DNA of 64,000 nt from positions 17,998,365 through 18,062,364 of the forward strand of contig JAUZTB010000079.1 of assembly GCA_034780895.1 (NCBI GenBank). Reading direction: 5' to 3'. The DNA is from Rhynchobatus australiae. Lineage: Eukaryota. Shown here piece by piece: positions 34,651 to 49,149 of the stretch (its first letter is position 1; every line of letters begins with the position of its first letter). Under the pieces are notes generated by a model that saw only the letters and a program-made list of their open reading frames with translations, ran no database searches and was not told the origin of the DNA. The translations under genes were made by a program, and so were the position numbers.

Positions 34651-36191
34651 AGTTTATCCCCTATGGGCAACAAATTATACTTAATACATTTCTAAATCAT
34701 AAGTCCCTTTTTTCAATGCAATGTTGTGAATTCAAGCCTGGGCAAAGTGAAATTCAATTCCCTTGTATTTTCCCCAACTTCTTCCAATACCCAAGATGGG
34801 ACTGAAACATATCTGATTGATAAAAAACAATTTAATTCTGTGTTACAAATTTAATGACAGTTCCATGAATCCCTGACAACAATTTTGTGGAGATTTTGGA
34901 AAGTTTTTCAGAAACCTATTAAGATATTTGCTTTGCCAGATCTAAAGAAACAAATAGCAAACCTGTGCAACGAAAGCAAAAATCTGATATTGATCTGTAC
35001 AATGATCATCTTAAACCACCAAATTTGAAAACTGGGTTTCGTAACCCCACTGTGGCACTGCTGGATGTTTGATACCAGTGAGAAACTGGGGTCACTGTGG
35101 AGTAGTTTCAACAGAAATAATATTGTAAAGGAAAACCAAAGTGCTTCACAACAAATTTCACAGAAGTGGGAAATGCTATAAACAAAAAAAATTAACTTTG
35201 CAAGTTGTTTTTATTTTTGCCCTGGTAAATGAATTTTAACAAATGTTTTTTCAGAGACTCTCCAATTTGTGTCTAATTCAAATGCACTTTACTGACCAGC
35301 ACCTTGCCACTCTAACATTGAAACTTCACATCGCATTTGTCTGATTTAAAAAGACAGCTATTTGAGTTTACTGCAGCCAAAGTTTAAAAAAAATCGAACC
35401 AATTTACATTAGTAGGTTCAAGGATCAGGTCAAAGCCATGTTAAAACAAATAGCACAGAGAACATATTCTGCAAAGTGCTGTGGTTCATGTTTACTGTCT
35501 CAGTCACCCTTTGTAGGATGGTGTTGACACATCTGCAAGCAAACATGCAGGCAGCAAGCCATACTAGTTGCAAAGCACACTCCTCAAAAGCTAACAGCAA
35601 AAACATTGTACAGTTCAGAGATTAGCTTGAGCATATTTAGATGTCAATGCAGTTCCTCTTGCTTTCATTCAGGACAGCACAGTGTCTATGCTTTAGTTTA
35701 AGAGGCAATTAATCTCACCCCCTTGGCATCCATGGGCAATAAAACTCTAAGTTGTACCACAAACAGTTCAACTCTGCATTTGCCCATTTTGTTCATATTT
35801 ATTACACTTGCATATTTAAGTTACAATAATGGGAAATAATGACATTATCTATGGTTAAGTTGCCAGAGATGAGAGACGTGGATTTAGTAACCCCCCGATC
35901 TTTCTTGTCACGAAAACCCAGCCTGCAATCAGTGCAGAGTCTAATTTGTCCTTCACATTTCCTTTTCTGTCCAAGCCCTAGCTGAAGTTTTTCTAACATT
36001 GACCAAGAAGTGCTTAACATATAGGCTGGGTATAAAAATATTCAAATTTCCTCCTTTCAGGACATAAATACCTAGAGAGCCCTTGGTCAAGGCGAGAAAT
36101 CCACAGCAAAAGGTCACAATAAGACAGTAATTGCCCACCTTCATTGCCTTTGCGATGACAGAGCTGGTGTCTTGAACTACTGCAGTTCTTA

Positions 36192-36467
36192 AGATATTTA
36201 TCAGTCACATGTACATCAAAACATATAGTGAAGTGCGTCTTTTTGCGTTACTGAGAATGAGCTGGGGGCAGCCCGCAAGTGTCGCCACTCTTCCAGCGCC
36301 AACATAGCATGCCCACAGCTTCTAACCTGTACATCTTCGGAATGTGGGAGGAAACCAGAGCACCTAGAAGAGACACGGGGACAACTTACAAACTCCTTAC
36401 AGGCAGTGGTGGAATTGAACCTGGGTAGCTTGTGCTGTAATAGCATTACGTGAACTGCTACACTGCA
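36192..36467 (-). mobile_element. tRNA-derived V-SINE, near full length
   Basis: B box GGTTCAATTCC (36411-36421), V-domain ggagtttgt...ccccgtgtc...ggtgctctggtttcctcccaca, tail ...gatgtacatgtgactgataaa. Confidence 0.85.
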
Positions 36468-39184
36468 AGGTCCAGGACAAGAGCCTGAGGTGAAGAAACC
36501 ACAAGTTTCAGGATGGTGTGCAATTTGGAGGGGAGCTTTTTGGGGGTAGTATTCCCATGCACCCATTGCCCTGGTCCTCCTAGGTGGTAGATATTAAAAG
36601 TTCAGGAGATGTCAAAGCAGCTTTGGTAATTGCGATGCATTTTGCAGATCATACAGTGCAACCACAGTGTACTCATGCTCAAACTGGTGGTTAACTAGTT
36701 AAGAGTACAAATCATGCTGATTTAGCTTCAAGTGTTGCCAGAATAGCACTCATTCAGGTAAAATACAACCTATTCACCAGTGAGCAGTTTGATGGCAAGT
36801 AAGCACCAAGAGGCATACCTTCCATACTTTGCTAATGATCAAAAGTGATAAGGGCGTTAATGGGCTAGACTGGATTTGCCCCATATTTTATGGGCAGGAT
36901 GTACTTGGGCAATTCTCCACATTCTTATGATACTTCCTCTCATCCAACATCTACATTTAATTAGGATCAAGCTAAATATTTGAACATTGTTAGTGAATTG
37001 GATATCCTTGTGATTGAACTCAGTTTAGCTTGTTTGAATCTTAGAGGTAGAATGCCCGTCAGCGTACATCTGTGCTTGAAGTGATTTCCAAATTTAAATG
37101 CAAATCCAAGTTCGTGTGAACATCTTGCGACTCTTCAACTGAATGCAAATAGGAGCATATCTGTTGTAGAATTCTCAAGTTATCGCCACAGTGCTAGCAC
37201 CATGTGCGCTAAAAGCCTAAAATGCCCAAGTTGACCTTAATATAGCAATGAGTGTTTAAAGCCAAGGTAAGGAGCTTGTGGAGATTGGTCTCTGTAAGAA
37301 AACAGTGTCAGTTAGAACCTCAAAAGGTCCTTGTCACACTTGGCCCTTCATCCCCTAATTGCTCTGTAGAGTATATGAATTCAGGATTAGGTTAGAGAGT
37401 CCAATTTTGCTTGGCGACAACAGTATTAGAACTGCCTGCACTTCAAGGTACAAAGCAACTTCTGGGAGCAAAAGAAGAAACTACCCAAATATCCAATGTT
37501 AAATTTAAAATTTACAGGTACATTTAGACACCTCCTAATGAAACCAATGCTCAAAACTGCAACTCATAACCGTAATGCTGGCTCTGCACATCTCTTCAGT
37601 ACAATACAAAAGCAGCTTTCTATATAAATAAAGTCTTTTGAATAAATAGAGTCTCCTTCAGCAGTTCAGAATGTTATGCACTGGGTAAATGAGTCATACA
37701 GACCACAAGTTCAAACTGTGACTGCCCACCTTAGTGAGCTGGGGCAGCAGTGACATTTCTATCATGTTTCTGTTCTGAATTGGAATGGTGAGTTTGGGGT
37801 GCGATGAGATGAAATGGACAATGTTTAAAAAATAGGCATTAGATAGTAATAGGGCACTCTTATCAGAGGCGTTTCAGGAAACTTGGGTAATTTTCTGTGG
37901 AAGGATTAGACATATTCCTAATCCATTCCTGCTAGCACACACTTCCTTCACAAATAACGATCACATGTGCATGGACTGCCTCCAGGTGAGTGGGAGGTGG
38001 GNNNNNNNNNNNNNNNNNNNNNNNNNNNNNNNNNNNNNNNNNNNNNNNNNNNNNNNNNNNNNNNNNNNNNNNNNNNNNNNNNNNNNNNNNNNNNNNNNNN
38101 NNNNNNNNNNNNNNNNNNNNNNNNNNNNNNNNNNNNNNNNNNNNNNNCAACAGTGAAATTGAAGACTGATCTTGTAACTGGCTAAACGATTGCCAGGTTA
38201 ACAGATGCACTGAGACACTTTGGAAATAAAATTATTAATTACAAGTTATGGTACAATCAGCTGATACAAGGGAAAAGGCAATATTAGCAGGATTGCTGTT
38301 GAAACTTGTGAATTGCGGTTCAAAACATTTACCATAATCTAAAAATTAAGAGCTTGATTTTAAATTTGAGGAAAAAAACACATGCATGCATTAAAAATTG
38401 AATTAAAATAAAGAAAAGCAAGGGTAAAGGCATACATTGCATGGGACAGAAGGTGAAAGGATAGTGAGGTGAAGGGAGGAGAAAGAACATGAAAAATCAA
38501 GTATGAACTGGGTGACTGCAAACAAGGTATTAAAACCCCGATTTACAGATAGATAGGGTAATGCAGAAGCCAAAACTTTATTATAACATGGTCAAAATAT
38601 TTTTAAAAGAAAATATAGATAACTTCAGACATCTCAGGGTTACTGAAGGGATCCATTCCTGGGACTGATCCATAAGCCAATTTTTCCATAAATCAGAAAC
38701 ATCCATTTTCTACAGTATCAATCATTCTGCAAGCACTTCCTTGATTTCCTTCAATCAAGTATTTTCGACCGAACACTACCCATAATTAAATCAATACTGT
38801 AGCCACTTGTTAATGAAACATGTTATTGTTATTACAGTGAAAAATTCATTAAAGATTTATGGGACAATTTGCATAAAACCTGGTTTCCACAAGTCAAGTC
38901 TTCTGTAATCCAGGGAGCCCCTGTATTTCTGGGAAATTTCCAATCTTAACTTCTCTGCCAGGCAGGAAGTAACAGCATGAAAAGAGGACTTGATGAGGCA
39001 GTGCAATGCAACTCAGAACACCACAGGCTGCCAAACTACCCTCAAATCAAACAGCATCTCTGAAGTCATAAAATTTCCCAAAGCATTTTTCAGGACTACG
39101 AGAGGATCTCTGGTTGTAAATCTGAGATTTTCAAAATTAAAATATGAGTGCTTGAGAGAAAAATTTAGCTGTCAACATAAATGG

Positions 39185-40600
39185 GAATCCAAAAGTGTTT
39201 TATTGCATGTGAATAGTACAAGAGTAGTTCAGAGATGAGTGGGACCCATTAAGGACAAAACTTTCACATGGATGCTGAGGGCACAATGAAGGTATTAAAT
39301 GGGTACTTAGTATCTGTTTTCACCATGGAAAATTATGCTTCTGATGTAAAGCAGAGAAGTCAGTCGACACACTAGTTTTATTAAAAATTGACAGCACCAT
39401 AAATATTAGAGAAGTCGACCAAGTTTCAAGTAGGTAAGGCGCCAGAACTGGACAGGGTGCACCGAAATTGAGGGACGTAGGGGAGGAAGTTACAAGGAAC
39501 ACTGATCATAATATTCTAATGTGCTTTAGCTAGGGAGCTGGTCACAGAGGATCAGAGAGAAGCAAATGACACTGCCTTGAACAAAAGGTTAAGTCAGCAA
39601 CCGCAGACCAGTTAATTTAAAGCTCAAAGGTGAGGGGAAACCGTTGACCCATGACAAGATTCATTGTCATCTGGAGGAAAATAGATCAGGAGATTTGTTA
39701 ATGAGAAATAGTGTATTTGATGGAATTTGATAGAATCTTTGGCTAAATTAACAGTTAGAGGATAATGCAATCATTGTAATGTACATTAACTTTCAGTAGG
39801 CTTCTCATCAGGTGCCACATGACAGGCTTATTAATAAAGTTGAAGCAGATGACATAAAAGGAACAAATTGGATACAAAATTGGCCGAGTAACAGACAACA
39901 AACTGTCAAGATAAACGGTTGCTTTTCAGGGTGGAGTAAGGTGAAAAGTGTTGCAGTCACTCTTTTTCCCCCCATCTACATTACTGACCTTGACTTGGAA
40001 AGAAATTTTAGCAGCTTTGTGAATTGTACAGAAACAGCAGCAGGATATAAACGTGCTGGAAGATTGGGCTGCCGTTTGGGAAATGAAGTTTGACACAGGC
40101 AAATGTAAAGGGATACATTTTGGTAGGAAGGGGAAGAGGCAATATAAATTAAAGGTTAAAGTATTAAAAAGGGGTGCAGAGCAGAGGGACCGGGGTGTGT
40201 GTGTACAAATCATTGAAAAAGCAGGACAGGTTGAGAAAGTTGTGGATATGCTCTGTTGGTGCCAGAAGCATGGTGACATGTGGGCTGCCCCCAGAACACA
40301 CTATGCAAAAGATGCATTTCACTGTGTGTTTCGATGTACATGTGACTAATAAAATATATTATGTCATCGTCAAATGGTTAATAAGGCATTCACATATCTG
40401 GGCAATGCTCATCTAAAAAGCTGTGCTGGACTCATCTGAAGTACTGTTCTCAATTCTGGTAGCTATATTACAGGAAGGATGTGAGGGCATTAGGAAGGCC
40501 AGAAAAATATAAAAGAATAGTTTCCAGTTTGAGGGTCTACAGGTACAAGGATAAGAAAAAATGCTGGGACTGTTTTCTTTTGGGAAGGCCAAGGAAAACA
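39185..40600 (+). mobile_element. CR1 LINE fragment, decayed RT
   Basis: YINFQ*AS..VPHDRLINKV, WIQNWPSNRQQTVKING, WAAVWEMKFDTGKCKGIHFG. Confidence 0.85.
40241..40372 (+). mobile_element. 3' part of the V-SINE family at 36192, nested in CR1
   Basis: gttggtgccagaagcatggtgacatgtgggctgccccca...gatgcatttcactgtgtgtttcgatgtacatgtgactaataaa. CR1 sequence resumes after it (tggttaataagg). Confidence 0.8.
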
Positions 40601-42864
40601 TACCATGGAAAACCCTCCGTTTACAGCTTAAATGTTTGCTGATGTACATTACACCACCAGAGGAGCATTAATGCTCAGTTAAAATAATGTTAAGCGTAAC
40701 AAGAGATACAAAAACTAAAATTTTTTACAGTAACATCCATTCCATGAAAACAATAATCTACTAAAATTTTGTTAAGAAATCCATATGAACTATACCACTT
40801 TTGCAGTTACCAAGTTATTCTAACCAATAAATTTTCATTTTCCCTTAAAATACAAAACAACATAAATGTCACAATTTGTTGCCAGGCAAATTCCCTCACG
40901 AGAACATCAAAACTCAAAATCATTTTGGATCAAGTTAATATTCAAAACAATGAATTCCAATAACAAAGTCCATTTACATCAATTTTATGCAAGGATGTGA
41001 ACAATATGCCATTTCTGCCACCTAGTAACAGCTTCCCACCAGTGAAATGGTAAGCATGCATATCTGCAGGAAAGGAACCACAGTGCTTTCAATATGTGAC
41101 AAGAGAATAAACTCACCCATAGTCATATGAATATAATTAGTTACAGAAACTGTTGTTTAAGATGAGTAGTAATCTTGATCTGAATTTTTAACATAGGGCA
41201 CAAATTGTTTAGAAATATTTTGGCTAAAGATAAATTCAGTAACAGAATTAGAGTTAAATAACAACTCATTCCTAACACCAACTTATCCTTGATAGCTACA
41301 TTTGTTCAAATTATGGGTTAATTCATCCAAATAACTTAAGTACGAGGTGAAGACGGCAATGCATTTAATGCAGCACATCCCTTGAATTAATTCCAGATAC
41401 GAAGATTAAGTACAGGATTTTGATTTTCGCGGCAAATAATTTTGGCTCAAATATCATCTTAGATTCAGCAGCAGCCTGCATTAGTCTCCAGTTTCACAAA
41501 CTAATTTTTGAATAAAGTTTCAATCAAAAACTCACTGCTTTTGGCAACTACATTGGGGGAAAGAATGAACTGCTGAGAAGTTTAAAAATCTACACAGAAA
41601 CTGAATACAAAACAAATTGAGAAACCTATTTTTCATAAATATGTATATAGCTTCAATATTCAGCAGCCAAAAGGAAAAAAAAAATCTGATCTTGGATCTA
41701 AGTCCATCTGCAACTAAGGATGATCTTATTATATCAGGAGGGATACCATACAAGGGAACTAGTGAACAAAAAAAAAATCCATGGTGTCAGCATATTATGG
41801 AAAAAATATTAGACAAATGGTGTATTAAAACTTCATTTTGAAAGACTTGTCAGAGCATCAACATTTTATCTCATGCCAGCCCATGAACTTGTCGACTGAG
41901 AAACAATACGTAAAACAACTTTAAAATGTGATCATGATATTTCCCTCTGACTGTTCCCCTCCTTTCCCAATTTATCTATAGCTACATCAATTTCCAATGA
42001 ACTTCAGCAAAAATCTCAGCAAGCTATTTGACCATTTGGAAGCAGAGATGGTTGCCCCTTATGAAATCATTCCATTGGTACACAAATTGTGCCCTCAAAA
42101 ATCACCAATTCGATGTACAAGACTTGTATTACTTTGGCCAAAATAATGAACTGGATTTGTACAACATTTTCAGACCTCAGTGACTCTCAGCACCTCGCAG
42201 CTATTTGAGGTGCAACTATTCTGTAATGTAAGCTTCCACAAAAACAAATCCTAGGAATTGAAGGATAGGAATTAAAATCCACATTAATTAAAAGGAACAA
42301 AAGTAAAATGCATCTTGCCCTCAAATTTCAACCATCAAGCACTAAAATGCTTAAATAGCATTTTTGATAGATTTTGTCTAGATTGCAATTCAACTACATA
42401 ATCCACAATTTGTACTGATTTACAGATAACATTGAATCACAAAAGGAGAGAAGATATTAAGATATTAAGCTTCCACATTAAAGTTTCAACAACTGACTGA
42501 TTAAAGGCATTCACAAAGAATGACGTCAAACATTTGTTAGTTGTGCTATGAAACTAAAGCCAAAATAGGGCAACTTTGTGCCTGACAGCATTTAAACTTT
42601 ATTCTAGAAACTCATTCATTTCTGTGCATCCCTAGCAAGCGAACACACAAAATGCTTGTGGCTGCTGGGTTCATGTGATGTCTGATAATTTGAAAGCATA
42701 AAACCAAAGCAGAACTTGCATGACATAAGATGCATTATTTTCATAATGTTAAGTCTATGCAATCTCACCACTATGCGCAAACTTTGAAAAGCAACAAATG
42801 ATTTCAAGTTTACAACTGAAGGCAGCAGTGGCATACTTTATGCAAGAAGTTCTAAATCAGACTT

Positions 42865-43300
42865 TTGGAATTGGTTTATTGTCACTTGTACGAAGGTACA
42901 GTGAAAATCTTGTCTTGCATACTGTTCATACAGATCATTACAAAATGCATTGAGATAGTACAAGGTAAAACAATACAGAATGTAGAATAAAATGTTACAG
43001 CTACAGAGAAAGTGCAGTGCAGGTACACAATAATGTACAAAGTCAAAATGAGGGAGATTGCGAGGTCAAGAGTTCATCTTATCGTACTAGGGGATTGTTC
43101 AATAGTCATAACAGCGGAACAGAAGCAGTTGTTGAGCCTGCTGGTAGATGCTTTCAGGTTTTTGGATCTTTTGTCTGATGGGAGAGGTGAAAAGAGAGAA
43201 TGTGTGGGTTAAGAGGGGTGTTGCTAAGGTAGCAAGAAGTTTAGACAGAGTCCATGGTGGGGACTGGTTTCCATGATGTGTTGAGCTGTGTCCACAACTC
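42865..43300 (-). mobile_element. Rex1/Babar-clade LINE 3' end
   Basis: Minus-strand translation HSLFSPLPSDKRSKNLKASTSRLNNCFCSAVMTIEQ is homologous to the C-terminus of the element at 54995. Tail: tttcactgtaccttcgtacaagtgacaataaaccaattcc. Confidence 0.75.
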
Positions 43301-43749
43301 TAGATCAACCCATAGCACCATGCAACAAAGATGTTTTTTTTTCCCTCTTTTCAGTTCTCTCTTTAAGGTTTAGTATATCAATGTTTTTGATAATAGGGAT
43401 TTTTCAGGGTTTTTGGTCCAGAAAATTAACTTTTTCTTTCCACAGATGCAGCCTGACCTGTGAGCGTTTCCCACACCTGCAGCATTTTTGGTTTGCATTC
43501 TAATGCCTTCTGCTTATGGAAAATGCAAATTGCAACTTATTTTTTGCAGGATGAAACCTGAAACTGATCAGATATCATCATCCAGTGATCCAATATTAAT
43601 TAGCAAAGTCTGCTTGATCAGGTCCATTCTAAATCGCTTCAGACCTGTTCTAATTTTATCTAAAACAGTTAAATTAAGATATTACACAAGCAGATGCATC
43701 TTGAACAAGGTACATTCATTTCTCTTGCCACTTTGTCAAGAATTGCAAC

Positions 43750-43885
43750 TAAAAACATCTCATTGGTTTAAGAGATTTTGCTGTGCACAAATTGGGTGCT
43801 GATTCCTACACTTTATTAATGACTACACTTTGGCTGAAAGCCACTTGGGATGACAAAGTTCTGAAAGTTGTATACAAATTCCACC
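43750..43885 (+). mobile_element. Deu-domain SINE tail remnant
   Basis: ttgctgtgcacaaattgggtgctgattcctaca...tgactacactt tggctgaaagccacttgggatg. Confidence 0.55.
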
Positions 43886-46800
43886 ATCCTTCTGAGCTTT
43901 ACAATTGCCACTTCGAAAAGAATGAATTACGCTCTACCTACTTTACCTACAGAAGAACTCTTGAAACACAGATCCCCAATTAACATTTCTTTAACGAGTT
44001 ACTTATGGAGCACTTCAAAAGCAACCTATGGTGAAACTGTCTTCACCTTATAAAATTCAGAGGTATTTGGATTTTCTCATGAAATTTACTACCTGATACA
44101 AAGGTGAGCTTACATTTAAAGGTCAATTGTGTAACTTAAAAAATTGTTTATTCAAAACAGTAGCTGACTATTGTATTCAATAGCCAAAATAACAAACAAA
44201 AATATTTTAATGATAGCAACAGTAAACAAAGATACTTCTGTTCAAAAATTGCTTTGCTCTTATCTTATGGTAAGAAAATCACATCTGACAAAATATAAAA
44301 TGGTCAGTTTGGTCTCAGAATATTTTAACAACAGACACATGCCCATGTAAAAAATTTTTTTTTACAGTTATCAGTGCAAGGAAGAATTACTAAAAAAAAT
44401 TAAGGAATGGTGATTTTTTTTCCCCTCAAACAGAGTCATTGAAGTAAACCCTTGACATTGATTTATTATGTTGCTAAAAATAACTTTTTGTCCATTAGCC
44501 ACAGCCACATACAGCTAATTAAATAATGATGTGCCTGATCTCAATAATGCTCTGCATGGTGTACACTTGAACCTTAGTGCATTTGCTGGCAAAATGTTAA
44601 GAGGAGAAACAATGTCTGTGACTGTTTAAGATTGCTGAGTAAATGATTACCATGAATAATTGGTCACTAATATGTTATCTGCAAAACACTGCAAAATGGT
44701 GAAAATGCCAGACTTCATCAGAGATGCGTGAGAACATTGTATGGGGAGGGAAAGACCAGCTCAGAATAAGCATTCCAGGCGAACACAGGAAAGCAAAAGG
44801 AACCAATTTCAACAGCAAGGTAAAGAGCACCCCTATCCACCCAGCCTGGAAGTGTGTCAGAATTATCAACAGTCTTATCAAATCAAAGCACTGCTCCCAA
44901 TTCTTGGACAAAACCTGGAAGATACACAGATATGTTCATGTCAGAATTCTAAACATTGGCAAAGGAAGAATTCTGAAGTGAACATTGGCACATGGTTGTT
45001 TAATATTTATATTTAAATGAACAAAATATCTTGTAAATAATGCACATCTATTTGAGGGTATAGTATTATGTACAAAAGATAGTGCATGTATCTAAAATTG
45101 TGTTGCTATGGTCATATCTAATTCTACTAGTTAACAACAGTCTTGTTAATCAGACACTTTCATGGACAATTTGAGGCATTAATCTCAAACAGTGCAAGGA
45201 CCTCTGGTGTCCCTTGAACTCCAATTACTATGGCAACCAACAATCATCCACACAGTGTTCTCTTGATACATATTGGATAAACATTCCAGGCCCTGAACTC
45301 TAGGAACTGAATGTCCCTGTAAAACTGGGAAACATCCAATTGCACATAGCTGCATTTATTTTCTGCAGTTACTGTACATATTAGTTTATAGCCATCAAAA
45401 ATTCAACTACATCTATTTCAACTTATTCAAAATCCTTTAGCGTTGCTTTATTAAAAAGTAGCCAAACTACTGATATGCAGCATCCCACCCAACACCAGAG
45501 AAAAAAACAAAATGAAAAGCCTGGCAACCAAAAATATTGTGCTTGATTTCAAATAGAAAACCTGTCCCTAAATCTATAATAATGTAACAATTCTGCAAGA
45601 TTAACCATTCCAGTATTTTACAAAGATAGTGTTAAAATGAGTTGCATCGTGTGTATGATGACTGTCTTTATGTACTTCTTCCCCAGTGCAATTTGATGTA
45701 GAATGTGCAGATTTTGGAATGAAAGAGTAGGTCCAAAGGGAGATTTGGGGAATGATGTGCCATCCACAGTCAAGCTATCTCTTACACGAAAACAATGTGA
45801 AGGTGACTTTCATCTCATTACAAATCCTCTCACTGGAAGTTGTAAAGATTTTGCTCTGGGGGGGGGGGGGGGGGGAATAAGAAAACCATACCAGATACNN
45901 NNNNNNNNNNNNNNNNNNNNNNNNNNNNNNNNNNNNNNNNNNNNNNNNNNNNNNNNNNNNNNNNNNNNNNNNNNNNNNNNNNNNNNNNNNNNNNNNNNAA
46001 TACGAAGACCATACCAGATACGATTTTAAGTCTAGTCATGAGATAGAGAAAACTGAACGGACCCATCAGAAATTTTGTTTAATGCAAGTCAGCAGTGCAA
46101 TACAAAGATTATCTGCTTTGCCTACTTTCTCTGAAGCTTTATGTACTGCACAAACCCAGTGCCAGCTACAGTGGCTAAATGTGTTTGTTGGCTTTATGGA
46201 TCTAATAAACATACAAAAGGACAGCACATTTATCAACAGCTAGATTTTTTTTAATTCTTGATGACAGAATTCAATCAATTTAATCAGCAAGACAGTCCAT
46301 ATTAAGAAAAAGATTGGAGGTATTCAGCTGATTCAAAAGCTTCCAGAACACAGTAATGTTCATATTTGGCAGCATGTGAAAGAAAATCAAATGAATGTGA
46401 AGAAAATTACCAAAGTTAAAAGGGGAGAGCAGCAGACAAGAGAATGAAGAATAAGAACAAAACATTCATGAAGTAACCTTGAAGAGTGAAGGTGTAAAAC
46501 ATTTCACCCACTTTTACATTTCACAAAATTACATATTAAAAAAACCTGATTTTATTTGTATTGTGAAAAGGTCATCAGTTGGCCTCAATAGCCTGACTCA
46601 GGAGAAGTTAATTATTGATAGGGTTTCCAAATCTGATCCATACCTCAAAGTCTTAGCCGGCTCAGTTTGCAACACTAGCTTGCAAATAGACCCCAAGTGA
46701 AGCCTTTGAGCCACATCATCCCAATCAAAAGAAAAAGATAATCCTTCTGTTGCATACCCTGCCTCCATAATACTTGTCACCCCTAGGCTAGAATCTTGCT

Positions 46801-48799
46801 GGCTTAGCTCTCATCTTCTATTCTCAATAAACATATGTTCATCTTAAACATTTTGAGCCTTTCCCATTTCATAATGTCCCACTCCATGAGCCTCCTCTTA
46901 CAACAGTTTCTAGTCCCCCAGAATTCTCAATCTAGAATTCATTCTTGTCTTTAAATCCTTTCATTGCTTCTTACTAAACTCTCTGCAGCCTCCTCCAGCC
47001 CAACAGCCTTTCAAGAATGGTTCCCAACTCTATTGCACTTCTTGCCCCAATGGTCACCATATCTTAAGTCATCTCTGCCCCTTCTAGAACACCTTTCTGA
47101 AATCTCTCCACCCTTTCACCTTCCTCTCCCCAAAACCCATCTTCTTGACCATGCTCTGGTTAGTCCTAATTAAATCCTGTTGCTTCCTTTGTGGAAAATT
47201 TCAGAGCTTTGTAAAAGACATTATAAAGTAATTGGTGTTATTTGCATAAACACTGATAAGGGTACAGCTGTGCCATTCAATCATTTTCCTCTCTCCCTAT
47301 TGCACTTTCATTGCCAGAGAAAACCAGCATTCACTGCCAACACATCAAGAAGAATGCAAATTCTCAAACATAGATACTTCTGGGACTCCTGGAACTGTTC
47401 TCCAGAACTGTTCTCTTTGGGAGAGACAAAAGAGGAAGGAAAATAGTCAAAAGAAAATATGTTTGGAAGAACGGTCCTCAATTCTGCTCTGGATCACAGT
47501 ATCACATCCAAAAACTGCAGTGCTAGAAACTGGTCCCACGTTACCGAATGATCAAGTTATTCAATACCGTTTTAATTAATTTACTTCTATTTCTCCTGTG
47601 CCCTTTCCCCAAAAGATGTTATGGTTTCACTTGTCCTTTTATTATTTGGGTGGCCTGACTTAATGTCTCTGAGGTTTAACTATGTAAAAGGGGAAGGTTG
47701 GGTGAATGTGGTGGAATTGGGGTGGTGACAGCAAAATAGAATAAGAACTGCCATAACACCCAAATTTGTTGGGGGTGGAAACTATTTCATTCATTGCCCT
47801 CTCTTCTACCCCTCTCCAAAGGTAATGCTGTTTACAGTGACATAAATATCATGACTCATTCCTATATCTAAATACCTGTTTTCACTGATATAGATGGCTT
47901 TTCCATTTACGAGAATTAGATTCAAATTTGACAGCACCTTTCCATTCAATGATAGAGAAAATACTTCAAATGTAATCCAAAACCTGATAACAATGCAACA
48001 AGTGCCAAAAGTGAAGTTCCACTGGAAAGCAAGGCACCTGATGGAGACGATCTTTTCCCCAGATTACAAGAATGTCATACAGTTCAAACAAACACTCAGC
48101 TACAGTAGTTAAACATAATCTCTCCATTCCCTTGGCTCAAATGAACTCTAGACCTCACAACTGAACAAACTGTTTCAGTCCTTAAACACACAACAGTTAT
48201 TGTACAACAAAGGACCCATTAAGGAATTCGATATTCCCTTGCAGACAAAATGTTCAATGGTTTCAAAGACACTAAAAAAAATTCAGTGTGAATAAAGAAC
48301 CGCATGAAAGCCATATGAGGATTGATCTTTCAAAGCATACACGTAGGTTTATACAAAAAAATCCCAGGACCCAATATAACGAACAATTCTTATTGATAGC
48401 TGCTGGAAATTAGTGTCAATTCAAATACATGAAACTTGAAAATAAAGATCATTAGCATTTACATTTCACAGCTCAGGTATTCATTGGTTTGATCAGAAAT
48501 TTAGGACGATGAAGTCAAATCAGTTGCAAATGCATATTTAATATGGAATCATAAATGTACTCCATCCATCTTTTGACTCAGCCACGACCAAGTTCCTTTT
48601 CTTACAATTTTACTCAGGAGATATGGCAATTTAACAGGTACCTTAGAGCAGCAGCTCCAGCATTCTATTATACACTCCAGCAAGTTTAAGCTAAATCAAT
48701 ACATTAGAAAAAAACTTATTTTAAGTTTAAAGGAACTAAATAAATTACTTGAACAAAAATTATTCTTGATTTGAGGTTCAAACCATAAACAGCTGTCAA

Positions 48800-49140
48800 C
48801 CAATAACATCCAAGAAAAGCAGATCATTTTATTGGTACCACTCCACCATCCAGTGTTCATCCCTCCACCATAAGCACACTATGGCTGCAGTATGTACCAT
48901 CAAAACGCAGCTCAATTTGCAGCCTCTATCACCAAGGCCAAGGGGAACAGGCACATGGGAATACCTGATGGTTCGCCTTTGAGCCACACATGAGCCCTTC
49001 ACTGCTTGCAAACCTTGGAGCTCCCAACCCAAAAACAGTGACAGTACCTTTATCAGATGGACTGCAACAGCTAAAGGCGAAAGCTCACCACACTTTCTCA
49101 AAGGGCAATTAAGGATGAGAAATAAATTTCTGGCCTTCAA
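48800..49140 (+). mobile_element. Non-LTR retroelement 3' end (same family as 17755-18000)
   Basis: ccctccaccat...ggctgcagtatgtaccatc...ggactgcaacag...ttctcaaagggcaattaaggatgagaaataaatttctggcc. Confidence 0.65.
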
Positions 49141-49149
49141 AAAAAATGT

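Noticed and set aside
35953-36144. ORF starting MKVGNYCLIVTFCCGFLALTKG as the furin signal-peptide exon
   Set aside because: No WAV or GFxNxGQ propeptide motifs, and it runs into a stop.
36400-36467. tRNA gene
   Set aside because: The B box belongs to a SINE head; it is followed by a V-domain and there is no full cloverleaf.
37715-37735. TGGGCAGTC (WAV) on the minus strand as part of exon 2
   Set aside because: A stop codon follows within three codons and no other similarity is present.
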